From a bacterium (GTDB taxonomy: Bacteria; Patescibacteriota; Doudnabacteria; UBA920), in assembly GCA_016699995.1 (NCBI GenBank), contig CP064996.1, positions 10,357-74,356 of the forward strand: DNA of 64,000 bases, given 5' to 3'. Position 1 is the first letter of the stretch, and each line of letters begins with the position of its first letter. The position numbers were made by a program, and so were the translations under genes. Below are positions 11,101-18,406 of the stretch, one piece after another. Below the pieces are notes generated by a model that worked only from the letters and a program-made list of their open reading frames with translations, did no database searches and was not told the DNA's origin.

Positions 11101-11357
11101 CAGCAACGGGTACGGTAGACATGGAAAACGATAGGGTTGCTGGTGTGACTATAGTTTGTGGTGGCTCAGGCTACTCTTCGGCTCCCACAGTGACTTTCAT
11201 TGGCGGCGGCGGTAGCGGCGCATCTGCTACAGCTGTATTAACCAACGGAGTCGTAACTTCCGTGACTATTAATTCAGGCGGCGAGGGGTACGATTTACCT
11301 TCAGTCACATTCTCTGCACCTGGCCAAGGTGGCGGCGGCGGCGGAGCTTCTCCTTAG
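5178..11357 (+). CDS. Giant secreted surface protein of about 2060 aa. It has a signal peptide, roughly 80-aa Thr/Gly repeats, a DUF2341-like plus LamG/ConA-like core, and a glycine-rich C-terminus with tandem terminal repeats. The start is assigned to the in-frame TTG at 5178; the alternatives are GTG 5142 and TTG 5202.
   Basis: Single 2088-codon frame. The signal peptide is YKYKYLTFVGVFVFVGLLAFGSLAGKASA|DTQ. The repeated module reads 'SGTGTPLTV(S/T)GTF..ST..VQ(Y/H)TG.TATV.ATT(F/Y).TL..G..GTYT.P....I...L.I.SG.TVTKGAGTI.F'. The DUF2341-like segment reads 'FPVLVSLTGLTIDYAKTKNSGEDIRFVDPDGTVLNHEIEKWDESGTSLVWVKIP...YVYMYYNN'. The LamG-like segment reads 'GGASFNGTSAKIIAP...GITVDGWFNP'. The Gly-rich block reads 'TTSGTWTAPVGITSVDVEVWGGGAGG...GGGGGGGAYS'. 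Confidence 0.8.
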   Translation: MQTKPKNILESLYKYKYLTFVGVFVFVGLLAFGSLAGKASADTQGPYSTTNGYTNIVGCGDNGDWSDINQASGSDDAYASSSLKSDWCSYFLYLDGFGFNIPAGATIDGIEVGIERRAEFAGDLVEQYVSMLDAGSPVGSNYADSNYWQDYDDTVYYGSSSDLWGNSWSPGMINDTGFGIILYALAGTEGSDAFIDDVFITVHYTPASNTCQSISSGSGNWNSAGTWTNCGGGVPGSADTAIINGTANITVTASTTVASLNFGTTAAAATNATLTINSSQTLTVTGVTTMTGTAGTATQGTVTGSGTLTTTYLYIGAAVTPSSTVTNKLISTITALNVTGYVTLNGYSNGGSYNNPAFEIQSGTADIWGINTTLAHASNTATISLQTGAQSGTLKMSTSSPWVISGTGTTTTSLNGTTSTVEYSGLNQTFLNTTYKGLKVSGNAGTTAQNVTVSGVLNVTGTLSPSSGTIVLSGTGTPLTVSGTFNPSTTSVVQYTGSTATVTATTFNTLTVGGTGTYTFPASGWTIKRNLTITSGATVTKGAGTITFNTAGQNCTITGNATNSDLGTISIGNGSEAKSCGLGSSVKFTAVTITTGAGLDMVSSYTMTLTGSGTPLTATGAFTKATGTVEYTSASGVTALSSVAMTSSKSYYNLIINGSGTFSMGSAFDVANDLTVTSGTLSSSASTTTNGVVSVTGTMTYAGSSTFTHSTTSSKNFGGNGNLSFYALTFSGGGGTTVATGSGTVTVTNVLTNSHAFNAGSKTWILTGSGTPFSGGIDTPGTSTFSYRSTTGATVNSNITYNNLDISPASGTNPTFLVNATNKTINGNLTVSGVSGTSLNYNNIVSYLILGGNLTINAGNTLVAPPSGATFTIAGSLANSGTFTHNSGNITFSSTSTGRTIATNGSSLNNVIFNGAGGGWSPSGGAMTLAGDLTMTAGTLSGSQNVTVNGGDVTGNGTINMSSGTFLVDGTSGTGFGGSTNWTFSALTFGDGSGSTTISSTGSGSITTSTLTIAASQTYNAGAKTYVLSGTGTPLTVTGTFNSESSTVQHTGATATVRATTYYTLHLGISSGTYTMPSTTITIKGNLVIPSGVTVTKGAGTIVFSGTGNQLITDSNDTKQDLGAVQISNTADNWCSAGQCNYNWLSRRKITFNNSDLSGNLTNFPVLVSLTGLTIDYAKTKNSGEDIRFVDPDGTVLNHEIEKWDESGTSLVWVKIPTLSNNATDYVYMYYNNPQAVDIQAPTNVWDSNYKAIYHLPNGTTLRALDSTGVNNANITSATATTGKVGGGASFNGTSAKIIAPATSSLDVSSGAGITVDGWFNPTDMTGMRPLIEWGNSGAYGVHMWNYPSSGKIYVNVVESNGANHTFQTTGTPLTLSTWQHVAFTYNKSTGAVALYYNGVAQSLDTGNIGAFTPKTNLDFNIGHRPNTGGVYYYNGSQDEIRVSNVVRTADWMKASYNSSNSSMNSFGSEEVYGGTSVAMGSPLKMTSLTIDSGRTFGVNGSNTLTLTGNGASVFVVSGNFIASTGTVEYVSTATTGTTVASTTYYNLVVNRASNTFTMPGEMYVNNNFTISAGNFSITAESLILGGDFTNNGTFTPNEGSVVMQPLNSTKTSQILGSSNTSLGYFQAMTPGSTIKFQAGRTYTWLELTVVGSEAEPVTFSSTSAGSQWNVTLTDTNYIQYLRVKDSACVGDTYTFPRDNPDLYNLGNNGTCWGFIVQVDPGGPSGGGSGSSGASSSTSQIFTTSGTWTAPVGITSVDVEVWGGGAGGSYYGGGGGGGGAYSRKNSITVTPFSTYTVTVGAGGNEAVGGDSWFLSTGTVLAKGGSLGVYGFGGGGPPCTGGTGGATAAGVGDVKYAGGNGGTGQCYGGTGGGGGAGASSTANGANGSGTTAGASSGQGGRGGTGSGFDISPPAGSWGEAIGGGGGGWTWYEPSIHPRGARGEVRIYYNGAGGGSGGSGSSGGSGGSGGGSSCTTTATGTVDMENDRVAGVTIVCGGSGYSSAPTVTFIGGGGSGASATAVLTNGVVTSVTINSGGEGYDLPSVTFSAPGQGGGGGGASP

Positions 11358-11374
11358 ATAAATTATAAATAATA

Positions 11375-11401
11375 AAGGTGACCCTTGAACGGTCACCTTT
11401 T
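11375..11401 (+). terminator. Rho-independent terminator.
   Basis: AAGGTGACC / GGTCACCTT form a perfect 9-bp stem with a 7-nt loop, followed by TTTAAA. Confidence 0.7.
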
Positions 11402-11419
11402 AAACGTTAAACTAAAGAT

Positions 11420-11974
11420 ATGTTTGAATCCGATAACTCCAGACCACCTAAAATTCGCGTATCCCAGACTGATCATCGCCCGACGAGAGATAAGTTGGGT
11501 AATCTAATGGAAGAAGTGGTCCGAAACAGAAATAAACCCAGTAATCGTAAAATGTGGATTATTATTGCCATATCAGTCGCTGTAGTCGCTGTTATAGGTT
11601 TTTTTCTAATCCGAGCTCAGATGCAATTGAAGGAGTTGCAAAATGGAGCGGATACAGGTTCTCAGAATGATCCAGCTGCTCAGCTGCAAGAAGACAATAA
11701 AAAACTAATCGAGCAGGTTCGCAAGCTGATAATTTTACCGGATGACGAAGAGCCAACTATTGCCACGGTTAATGATTTAAGCAAGCTCCAAGGTCAGCCG
11801 TTTTTTGCCAAGGCGCAACTTGGCGATAAGGTCTTGATCTACAATAAAGCGCGTAAAGCGATATTGTTCCGGCCGAGCGATAATCAGATTATCGAATTGG
11901 CGCCTTTGGTGGATCCTTCGGCTTCTTCCCCTGCGGATGGTTCAGCAGGCCAAACGCCGGCATCTGGCCAGTAA
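11420..11974 (+). CDS. Hypothetical membrane-anchored protein with one TM helix.
   Basis: 184-aa ORF. The TM segment is IIIAISVAVVAVIGFFLI and the N-terminus is basic. Confidence 0.5.
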   Translation: MFESDNSRPPKIRVSQTDHRPTRDKLGNLMEEVVRNRNKPSNRKMWIIIAISVAVVAVIGFFLIRAQMQLKELQNGADTGSQNDPAAQLQEDNKKLIEQVRKLIILPDDEEPTIATVNDLSKLQGQPFFAKAQLGDKVLIYNKARKAILFRPSDNQIIELAPLVDPSASSPADGSAGQTPASGQ

Positions 11975-12025
11975 TGGCTTCAATTTTCGGTGTTGTGATA
12001 CTAATCTAGTCGATAAAAGATACTA

Positions 12026-13213
12026 ATGAAACTAAAACCAGAAAAGTGGACGCATAATCATTCGCATCGCCTGTACCATATGTCGATGGGTGTTTGTTTT
12101 GGCTTTATTTCTCTTGCTGTAGTCGGCGTAATGGCGACTGTCTGGATGAACGCTGGCGCAGAAGACGTTAACATCACAGCGTTAGTAGAAGGCGTTAATC
12201 CTGGGCCCATCATTGGCGGCGGCGGAGGACCTGCACCTGTGCCAACTCCAAACCCAACTATTAATATGGTCGCCGAGCCGCAAGGGCAGATAGCACAGCG
12301 GCCTATCAATACGCCAGAAGGTTTACGAGCAGCTGACGTGTTTCCGGGCAGGCCAAGCTACTCGGGAACTACCTCTGTCGGCGGAGGTTTGATTTTCATC
12401 AGTGTGTCTGGGACAAGCTCGTTCAATAGCACAGCTCAGGCCGATGCAACAGGTAAGTGGCTATGGCAATCTCCCGTCGAGCTCATAGAGGGCACGTATT
12501 CGATTACAGCTTCCGTGTATGATTCTTACGATTTAACTCGTTCCGGATCTACAAAGAGGTATTTTATAGTAGAGTTTCCTAAGGAGCCGGTCCCAGTAGA
12601 TCCTGGCCAACCCGGACAGCCTGGGCAACCTGGCGGACCAGGAACGCAGCCTGGAACTGGAACAGGTACAGGTAAGCCTTCCACTCCGGGAGGCCCTTCT
12701 ATTCCAACTCTTCCTCCAGTGGAAGTTCCGGCCGGGCCTTCTCAATTTGGAATATTTATTTCGATTGTTGATGATTATCGGTATGTTAATGCCGGGGAAA
12801 AAGTTATTGCCAGATTGATGTTGGTTAGTAGTACCGGCCAGCAAGTAGTGGCGCAGGATATTGATTACAAAATTATTTCGCCCGCAGGCAAAGTTATCTT
12901 AGAGACTACAGATACAGTATCATTTAGCAAGCAATCTCAATTCCTAAAGACCTTTACCACTGCCCCAGAAACTCCGGCAGGAGAATATACCATACAGGTT
13001 TCTAGCCGGCACAATGGCATTACTTCTCAGGCGCAGGCAAAGTTTAATCTGCTAGCCAATCCGGCATCGGCCGGTACGGTGCAGCCCCAAGGGCCGGTTG
13101 TAATTTGGTCTTTGTTGATATTACTGTGGCTGCTATTTGTCGTGCTGTTGATCATTGCCTATAGGCAGGTCATGCACCATCACGAGGAGATAAAAAATAA
13201 TCCCACTTACTAA
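12026..13213 (+). CDS. Hypothetical surface protein with N- and C-terminal TM segments and a Pro/Gly-rich linker.
   Basis: 395-aa ORF. It has two beta-rich domains separated by PGQPGQPGQPGGPGTQPGTGTGTGKPSTPGGPSIPTLPP, and a C-terminal TM VIWSLLILLWLLFVVLLIIAY. Confidence 0.55.
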   Translation: MKLKPEKWTHNHSHRLYHMSMGVCFGFISLAVVGVMATVWMNAGAEDVNITALVEGVNPGPIIGGGGGPAPVPTPNPTINMVAEPQGQIAQRPINTPEGLRAADVFPGRPSYSGTTSVGGGLIFISVSGTSSFNSTAQADATGKWLWQSPVELIEGTYSITASVYDSYDLTRSGSTKRYFIVEFPKEPVPVDPGQPGQPGQPGGPGTQPGTGTGTGKPSTPGGPSIPTLPPVEVPAGPSQFGIFISIVDDYRYVNAGEKVIARLMLVSSTGQQVVAQDIDYKIISPAGKVILETTDTVSFSKQSQFLKTFTTAPETPAGEYTIQVSSRHNGITSQAQAKFNLLANPASAGTVQPQGPVVIWSLLILLWLLFVVLLIIAYRQVMHHHEEIKNNPTY

Positions 13214-13238
13214 AACCGCTTAATTTAAGCGGTTTTTT
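13214..13238. terminator. Intrinsic terminator between convergent genes.
   Basis: AACCGCTTA / TAAGCGGTT form a 9-bp stem with a 3-nt loop and a T-run on the + strand. Confidence 0.6.
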
Positions 13239-13284
13239 GCAGTTAGAAATTAAGCTCAGCCCATCGGTTAGGCTGGCCCCGGGC

Positions 13285-15525
13285 CTATTGTTCTGGCCAA
13301 TGTGCAACCATTAACTGTTTTTCGTTAACTAAGCCTTCGGATGTCAGCTCTTGCCACAATACTTCTGTTAGGAACGGCATATATGGGTGTAGCAATTTTA
13401 AGCTTGTTGTTAACACATGCAGTAAAATTAGCTGGGTGTTTTGCTTTTGCTCCTGGTCTGCCAGTTGAGCCTTGGAGGCCTCTATGTAGACGTCGGCAAA
13501 GTCGCGCCACACGAAGTCATATAAGCTTTGAGCCGCCTCGTGCAAACGAAACTTCTCTAAGTGTTCATTTACAGCTTTAATCGTGCTTGTCAGCTGCTCT
13601 AATATTATTCTGTCGGCTTCAGTAATAGCTTGAGGTGATTTGTATTGGTCCTCAGTAATCGCTTCATCTAAGCTCAGCAGCGCATATCGGGTAATATTCC
13701 ATAACTTGTTCCCAAAGTGCTTCATGCCTTTTACTTTTTGTTCATCGAACAGCGTATCATTGCCGGCGGCGGCATTGAATACCAACGCTAAGCGTAAAGC
13801 ATCGGTTCCGTATTTATCCGCCATTTCGATCGGGTCAATTCCATTGTTGAGTGATTTGCTAAATTTGCGTCCTTGCTTGTCGCGAACAATACCGTGCAAA
13901 TAGATTCTTTGGAAAGGTATTTGTCCAAGGTGGTAGCCAGTCATTAAGATCATGCGTGCTACCCAGAAGAATAAGATTTCGTAGCCCGGCGCTATTACGG
14001 AAGTTGGATGGAAGCTTTTTAAGTCCTCAGTTTGGTTTGGCCATCCTAACGTAGAGAAAGTCCACAAGCCAGACGAAAACCAGGTATCCAGAGTATCTTC
14101 GTCCTGCACCCATTCGTTTGCGTTGTTCCTTCCTGCGTTTTTGTCCGGAGCTTCAATCCCACAGTACTCATCTGTCATGCCGGTGCTGTTATCGGTGCGG
14201 TACCAAACAGGGATCTGATGGCCGAACCATAGCTGGCGGGAAATGCACCAGTCGCGAAGGTTATCGATCCAGTGGAAGTAAGTCTTAGAAAAATGTTCTG
14301 GAATAATTTCGATCTGACCGCTTTGGACTACGTGACGCATCAACTGTTTTAGAGTTACTTCTTGGCCGGTTTTAATGCCTTTGATTTTTGAATCTCTCAC
14401 TAAAAATGGCTTATTTACAGCCAAAAACCATTGAATTTTAGGCAGGGGTTCTATTATTCCGCCCGAACGTTCGGCAGTGGAAACATTTTGCTTGATAACT
14501 TCTTCCTTCTCGATTAACTCGTTTGCCTTCAGCCAGGCCACCACCATTTCTCTAGCTTCTGTGGTTTTCTTCCCCTTGAGATCTACTCCAGCTTGGTCGC
14601 TCCCAACTGTCATTCTGGCGAACTCATTTATTACCGGCTTGGTTTCCAAATTATGGCGTTGCGCAATTTCGGCATCAATAGTGCTGTGCGCCGGGGTAAC
14701 GCCAAGTGCGCCAGTACCAAATTCTTTGTCTACGCTTTCATCTGCAATAACCTTAATATGAATTGGCACTCCAGCAAATGCAATATCGTATTCCTTGCCA
14801 ACAAATTCTTTATAGCGCTCATCGTCGGGATGGACCGCAACAGCTGTATCACCAACCTTGGTTTCTGGGCGAGTTGTAGAAATTGCGATAGGGAAATCTT
14901 TGCTGTACTTAAATGTATACAGTACAGCTTCGCGTTCCTGGTAGATGATTTCATCATCAGAAATAACAGTCTGCCCTTTAGGATCCCAGTTTACTACTTT
15001 GTAGTCGCGATAGATCAGGCCATCGTCGTACATAGCTTTAAACGCGGTGCGTACTGCCAGGCTTCGGGCTTCGTCTAATGTGTAAGCTTCGCGGCTCCAG
15101 TCTAGCGAAGCACCCATTCTTTTAAGCTGATTGATGATCGTATCGTGGCTGTCTTGTGCGAATTTGTTTACGCGTTCCAAAAATGCCGCTCGGCCCAAGT
15201 CGGTTTTACGTTTTCCTTCTTCTTTCTCTAAAATTTTCTCAACTTTGCTTTGGGTGGCAATTGCGGCATGGTCTGTTCCTGGTAGCCAAAGGGTTCTACG
15301 TCCCTGCATTCGCCGAAAACGAATCAGAATATCCTGGATAGTGTCTTCGAATGCATGCCCTAAGTGCAGAGTGCCCGTTACATTCGGCGGCGGCAGGATA
15401 ATTGTAAAAGGCTCGCCGTTTTTATTTGGCAAATTATCCGGGTTAAAGTACCCGGAATCCAGCCAGAGTTTGTATATGTCGGATTCGTACTTGGAAGCGT
15501 CATAGGATTTGTCTAGTTCTTTCAT
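13285..15525 (-). CDS. valS: Valyl-tRNA synthetase.
   Basis: Carries PPPNVTGTLHLGHA (ValRS-type HIGH) and KFSKS (KMSKS). The start is set at ATG 15525 (MKELDKSYD..., the typical ValRS N-terminus). The GTG at 15600 used by the ORF track lies inside the leader terminator. Confidence 0.9.
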   Translation of the reverse strand: MKELDKSYDASKYESDIYKLWLDSGYFNPDNLPNKNGEPFTIILPPPNVTGTLHLGHAFEDTIQDILIRFRRMQGRRTLWLPGTDHAAIATQSKVEKILEKEEGKRKTDLGRAAFLERVNKFAQDSHDTIINQLKRMGASLDWSREAYTLDEARSLAVRTAFKAMYDDGLIYRDYKVVNWDPKGQTVISDDEIIYQEREAVLYTFKYSKDFPIAISTTRPETKVGDTAVAVHPDDERYKEFVGKEYDIAFAGVPIHIKVIADESVDKEFGTGALGVTPAHSTIDAEIAQRHNLETKPVINEFARMTVGSDQAGVDLKGKKTTEAREMVVAWLKANELIEKEEVIKQNVSTAERSGGIIEPLPKIQWFLAVNKPFLVRDSKIKGIKTGQEVTLKQLMRHVVQSGQIEIIPEHFSKTYFHWIDNLRDWCISRQLWFGHQIPVWYRTDNSTGMTDEYCGIEAPDKNAGRNNANEWVQDEDTLDTWFSSGLWTFSTLGWPNQTEDLKSFHPTSVIAPGYEILFFWVARMILMTGYHLGQIPFQRIYLHGIVRDKQGRKFSKSLNNGIDPIEMADKYGTDALRLALVFNAAAGNDTLFDEQKVKGMKHFGNKLWNITRYALLSLDEAITEDQYKSPQAITEADRIILEQLTSTIKAVNEHLEKFRLHEAAQSLYDFVWRDFADVYIEASKAQLADQEQKQNTQLILLHVLTTSLKLLHPYMPFLTEVLWQELTSEGLVNEKQLMVAHWPEQ

Positions 15526-15584
15526 GTGATTTATGTTAATTGGTTTTGAGTCTACGTGCACATCTGTCTGGGATAGCGCCGTGC

Positions 15585-15863
15585 CAAAAATAAAAAACAC
15601 CCGCCATTGCTGGGGTGTCTAGAGCGCTGCCAAGCTGGTGAGCACGCCGCGCGGTACCATCTAGATTTATAGCTTAATTATGCCTATTTTCGGAGGCTCC
15701 GGCAGGTTCTACTAGCATCAGCCAGTGCTTTTCGCGCTTTGAGCGAGGCGGCAGCTCTATGCTTTCTTCCTGCGCCACTGCAGTGACAGCTGCAGTATTG
15801 GCTTCGATTAATCAAAGTATAAGACAAAGTCATCAATTTGTAAACATCTTCTCGCTGGAACTG
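15585..15863 (-). promoter_or_regulatory. T-box riboswitch leader of valS, with a promoter, an antiterminator carrying the UGGUACC bulge, and an intrinsic terminator.
   Basis: The minus-strand RNA reads ...AAUCUAGA-UGGUACC-GCGC(21 nt)GCGC-UCUAGA-CACCC cagcaauggc GGGUGUUUUUUAUUUUU. It matches the T-box core (GGUGGNACCGCG). The terminator AGACACCC/GGGUGUUU overlaps the 3' strand of A1. An upstream TTTACA-17-TATACT promoter sits at about 15805-15833. Confidence 0.6.
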
Positions 15864-16367
15864 TTATAGAGGGTTGTCTCTCAACTTGAGCTTGTATCCA
15901 CTGTAGGCCATGATTGGCTGGGCAATCAAGGTTAAAATTACTCCAGCAACAACAATGCTTAACGACTCCAGCCCTAAAGCATAAAAAATTATGCCGGTTA
16001 GTATAATCGAATCACCATGATCAACTATTGGAACATACTGGCCGCGGGGAATATTGAATCGGCGCTTAGTAAAGCTTCCTAATGCATGGCCGGCGTATAC
16101 TGCGAGACCTTTAAGCAGGCCAATCTCTGGAGTGCTTAAAAAGCTTTCGATTATTGCCCCGGAAAGCAACGCTATTGGCAATCCGACCCAGGTGGTCGAA
16201 TTGCCTAGTATGCGATAACCGTCAAAAAAGTTTTTGTTTAGATCCAGTGCCGCGTCATATTTAAGAATTTTTGGATAGCGCATTTTGAGCAAGTACCATA
16301 AATTCAGAGTGACGTTAATCAGCCAGCACGGAACCGTATAGCTTAAAAGGTGAATTGCGAATGTCAT
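15864..16367 (-). CDS. CTP-transferase-1 family small membrane protein, CDP-archaeol synthase/DUF46-like.
   Basis: 167 aa with 4-5 TM helices. The C-terminal 'GSFTKRRFNIPRGQYVPIVDHGDSII' resembles the CdsA/CarS signature. The family assignment is from memory. Confidence 0.4.
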   Translation of the reverse strand: MTFAIHLLSYTVPCWLINVTLNLWYLLKMRYPKILKYDAALDLNKNFFDGYRILGNSTTWVGLPIALLSGAIIESFLSTPEIGLLKGLAVYAGHALGSFTKRRFNIPRGQYVPIVDHGDSIILTGIIFYALGLESLSIVVAGVILTLIAQPIMAYSGYKLKLRDNPL

Positions 16368-17809
16368 TGCTCGTCCTGGATATTACTGATGAAAAATGTC
16401 TGCGCGCCCGACTTTTGGATAAGCCTTTCGATTATATTCAACGGCCTGGGCCCGCACGGGCGCATGGCCATTCTAACTTTGTAGCTGTGCCAGTCCTTAA
16501 CCATGCCTTGTTCGTTGAAAGCTAAGTCGATAAACCTACTGTTAGCAACTCTATCTTTAATAGGCTGTACTGTAAGCAAGTCAAATGTGCTTTCTTTGTA
16601 TTCGTTCATTGGCAAGCAGTTGTACCAAGGTACTTTTACCGGACCGATGTTGTCCAATAAATTATTCTTATCAATTAATTGTTGAACGGTAAAAGGTTCC
16701 TCGGTTTTGTATTCGTAGATTTTTAGATCCTCGATCTGCTCAATTAGCTCATAGTGCTCCGACCTCACTTCTTTTAAAACTCCCACGTAGGCAGGACCTT
16801 CGCTTATTGGCTTGTTAGCTGTACGGTACATGTTTTTGGCGTGCGAAACCGGCCAATATAACAACAGCGCGCACATGATGATCAATAATATCCCACCGCG
16901 GTTGACCTTTCTTATCGCTAAATAATATAGCATCGAGCCCAGTAATGCTCCTAAGGTCAAACCCTGAAATATTAGCGCCCACTGTTCTGACCACGGGAGG
17001 CCCTGACTAAGGTTAATTAACGAGACTATTACAAAGTATCCTAAAACAGGGGATAATCGCCATAATATCCCTCTTTTTGTGTATCTGGTGGGGTCGATAG
17101 GGAACATTATAAATAGCAGAGCCGCCAAAGCGAACGGGGTTTCCCGATTTAAGATTCCTCCGTCTATAAAATTTTTCACCAAGCTAAAGCTAACAATACT
17201 AAATAGAAGGACATACAGAACCTGCCATCGCCCCGGCGTTTGATTTTTGAATAGCTCTTTGTATTTGTGCAGAAATAGCAAAACCATTCCGCTAAAACTG
17301 GTTCCAACCAGAAACAATCCAACAACTAAGATTATAGGATGAATCAGACCGATGTAAGCCAGTCCCCCATCCACATTTTCCAAAACTCCTACGCCCAACC
17401 ATTGCAGAGCTGCGGCAATTATCCCTTTGAGGACATGGATATGCTTGATAGTTGTGGTAGAGAGCTCCTGATTATTAAATATTATGACAAAGTCGGTAAG
17501 CTTTAACCCTAAATTTTTTATAAGAATGATATGGACCAATAATCCATAACCATAGGTTGCTAAGATAACTCCAGTTAAAGTCTTTAAGTATTCGAATTTA
17601 GGTCTAAGAGGCTGAATAAGTAAGAGGCAAAGCATTGCAGTATACAAAAAGAAACCGAAAATCTTCGCAATACTACGACCGCTGGCAAAAAGATTTACTA
17701 ATTCATGAACCAGCAGCTCTAAAGGCGGAAAAAATTTGATAGCAAAACAAAACGCCAGCATTAGGCCAGCGGTAAAAAGCAATACTTTTTTTTGAGTAAT
17801 AATACCCAT
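16364..17809 (-). CDS. Polytopic membrane protein with a C-terminal soluble domain, and a candidate pilin-modification or ligase-like protein. Its start overlaps the pilin stop region and its end overlaps the next gene by 4 nt.
   Basis: 481 aa. About 10 TM helices sit in the first 310 aa, followed by a ~160-aa hydrophilic domain. It lies in an operon directly downstream of the type IV pilin gene. Confidence 0.6.
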   Translation of the reverse strand: MGIITQKKVLLFTAGLMLAFCFAIKFFPPLELLVHELVNLFASGRSIAKIFGFFLYTAMLCLLLIQPLRPKFEYLKTLTGVILATYGYGLLVHIILIKNLGLKLTDFVIIFNNQELSTTTIKHIHVLKGIIAAALQWLGVGVLENVDGGLAYIGLIHPIILVVGLFLVGTSFSGMVLLFLHKYKELFKNQTPGRWQVLYVLLFSIVSFSLVKNFIDGGILNRETPFALAALLFIMFPIDPTRYTKRGILWRLSPVLGYFVIVSLINLSQGLPWSEQWALIFQGLTLGALLGSMLYYLAIRKVNRGGILLIIMCALLLYWPVSHAKNMYRTANKPISEGPAYVGVLKEVRSEHYELIEQIEDLKIYEYKTEEPFTVQQLIDKNNLLDNIGPVKVPWYNCLPMNEYKESTFDLLTVQPIKDRVANSRFIDLAFNEQGMVKDWHSYKVRMAMRPCGPRPLNIIERLIQKSGAQTFFISNIQDEQ

Positions 17810-17816
17810 TTATAAT

Positions 17817-18401
17817 TTAGAAAGAATTTCCTATACTGTAAGTTTTAAAGCCGAAAGTCGGCACCCCTTTGTATGTTGAGGTGTAGTCTGTATCTGCCAC
17901 TTCCATAACTCCGGCAAAAACTGCATAGTGGCCGTTAAGCTGGGCGTTGGTTAAGGGGCATCCGTAATTTTGACACAGACTAGCTACAGTTGCAGGGGGG
18001 TTGTAATAAATCATGGCCCATCGGCCTGAAGAGCCATCTCCTGTGTTACAAGATTGGCCGCAGGGGTCTGTAGGTAGTTTTGTCAGATAAGGCTGCAATT
18101 CTGCCTGGAGCGCGGCCCATTGTGTAGGCTTGTTTACGCTCGTTACGCATCCACCTGGGTCAGTATTGGTGGAATTACAGTTCAGCGCTCCTACATATGG
18201 CGCATGGCCATTGTCATTGATATAGAATTCTATGGCGCTGTTCAGCTGGCGCAGGTCTGCTGTGCGCTTAGCATCACGGGCAAGCTTACGCACGCCGGTA
18301 AAGGTCGTTAAGACGATTCCCGATAGTAGGCCGATAATGGCCACTACTACCAGCATTTCCATTAATGTAAACCCTTGTTGTTTGGATAACGCTTTAATCA
18401 T
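17817..18401 (-). CDS. Type IV pilin / pseudopilin.
   Basis: Class III signal 'MIKALSKQQG|FTLMEMLVVVAIIGLLSGIV' (prepilin peptidase site G/FTLxE). The C-terminal half is cysteine-rich. Confidence 0.85.
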   Translation of the reverse strand: MIKALSKQQGFTLMEMLVVVAIIGLLSGIVLTTFTGVRKLARDAKRTADLRQLNSAIEFYINDNGHAPYVGALNCNSTNTDPGGCVTSVNKPTQWAALQAELQPYLTKLPTDPCGQSCNTGDGSSGRWAMIYYNPPATVASLCQNYGCPLTNAQLNGHYAVFAGVMEVADTDYTSTYKGVPTFGFKTYSIGNSF

Positions 18402-18406
18402 ATAAA

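Noticed and set aside
15598-15600. GTG start of valS used by the ORF track
   Set aside because: It falls in the 3' strand and U-tract of the T-box leader terminator. ATG 15525 gives the canonical ValRS N-terminus.
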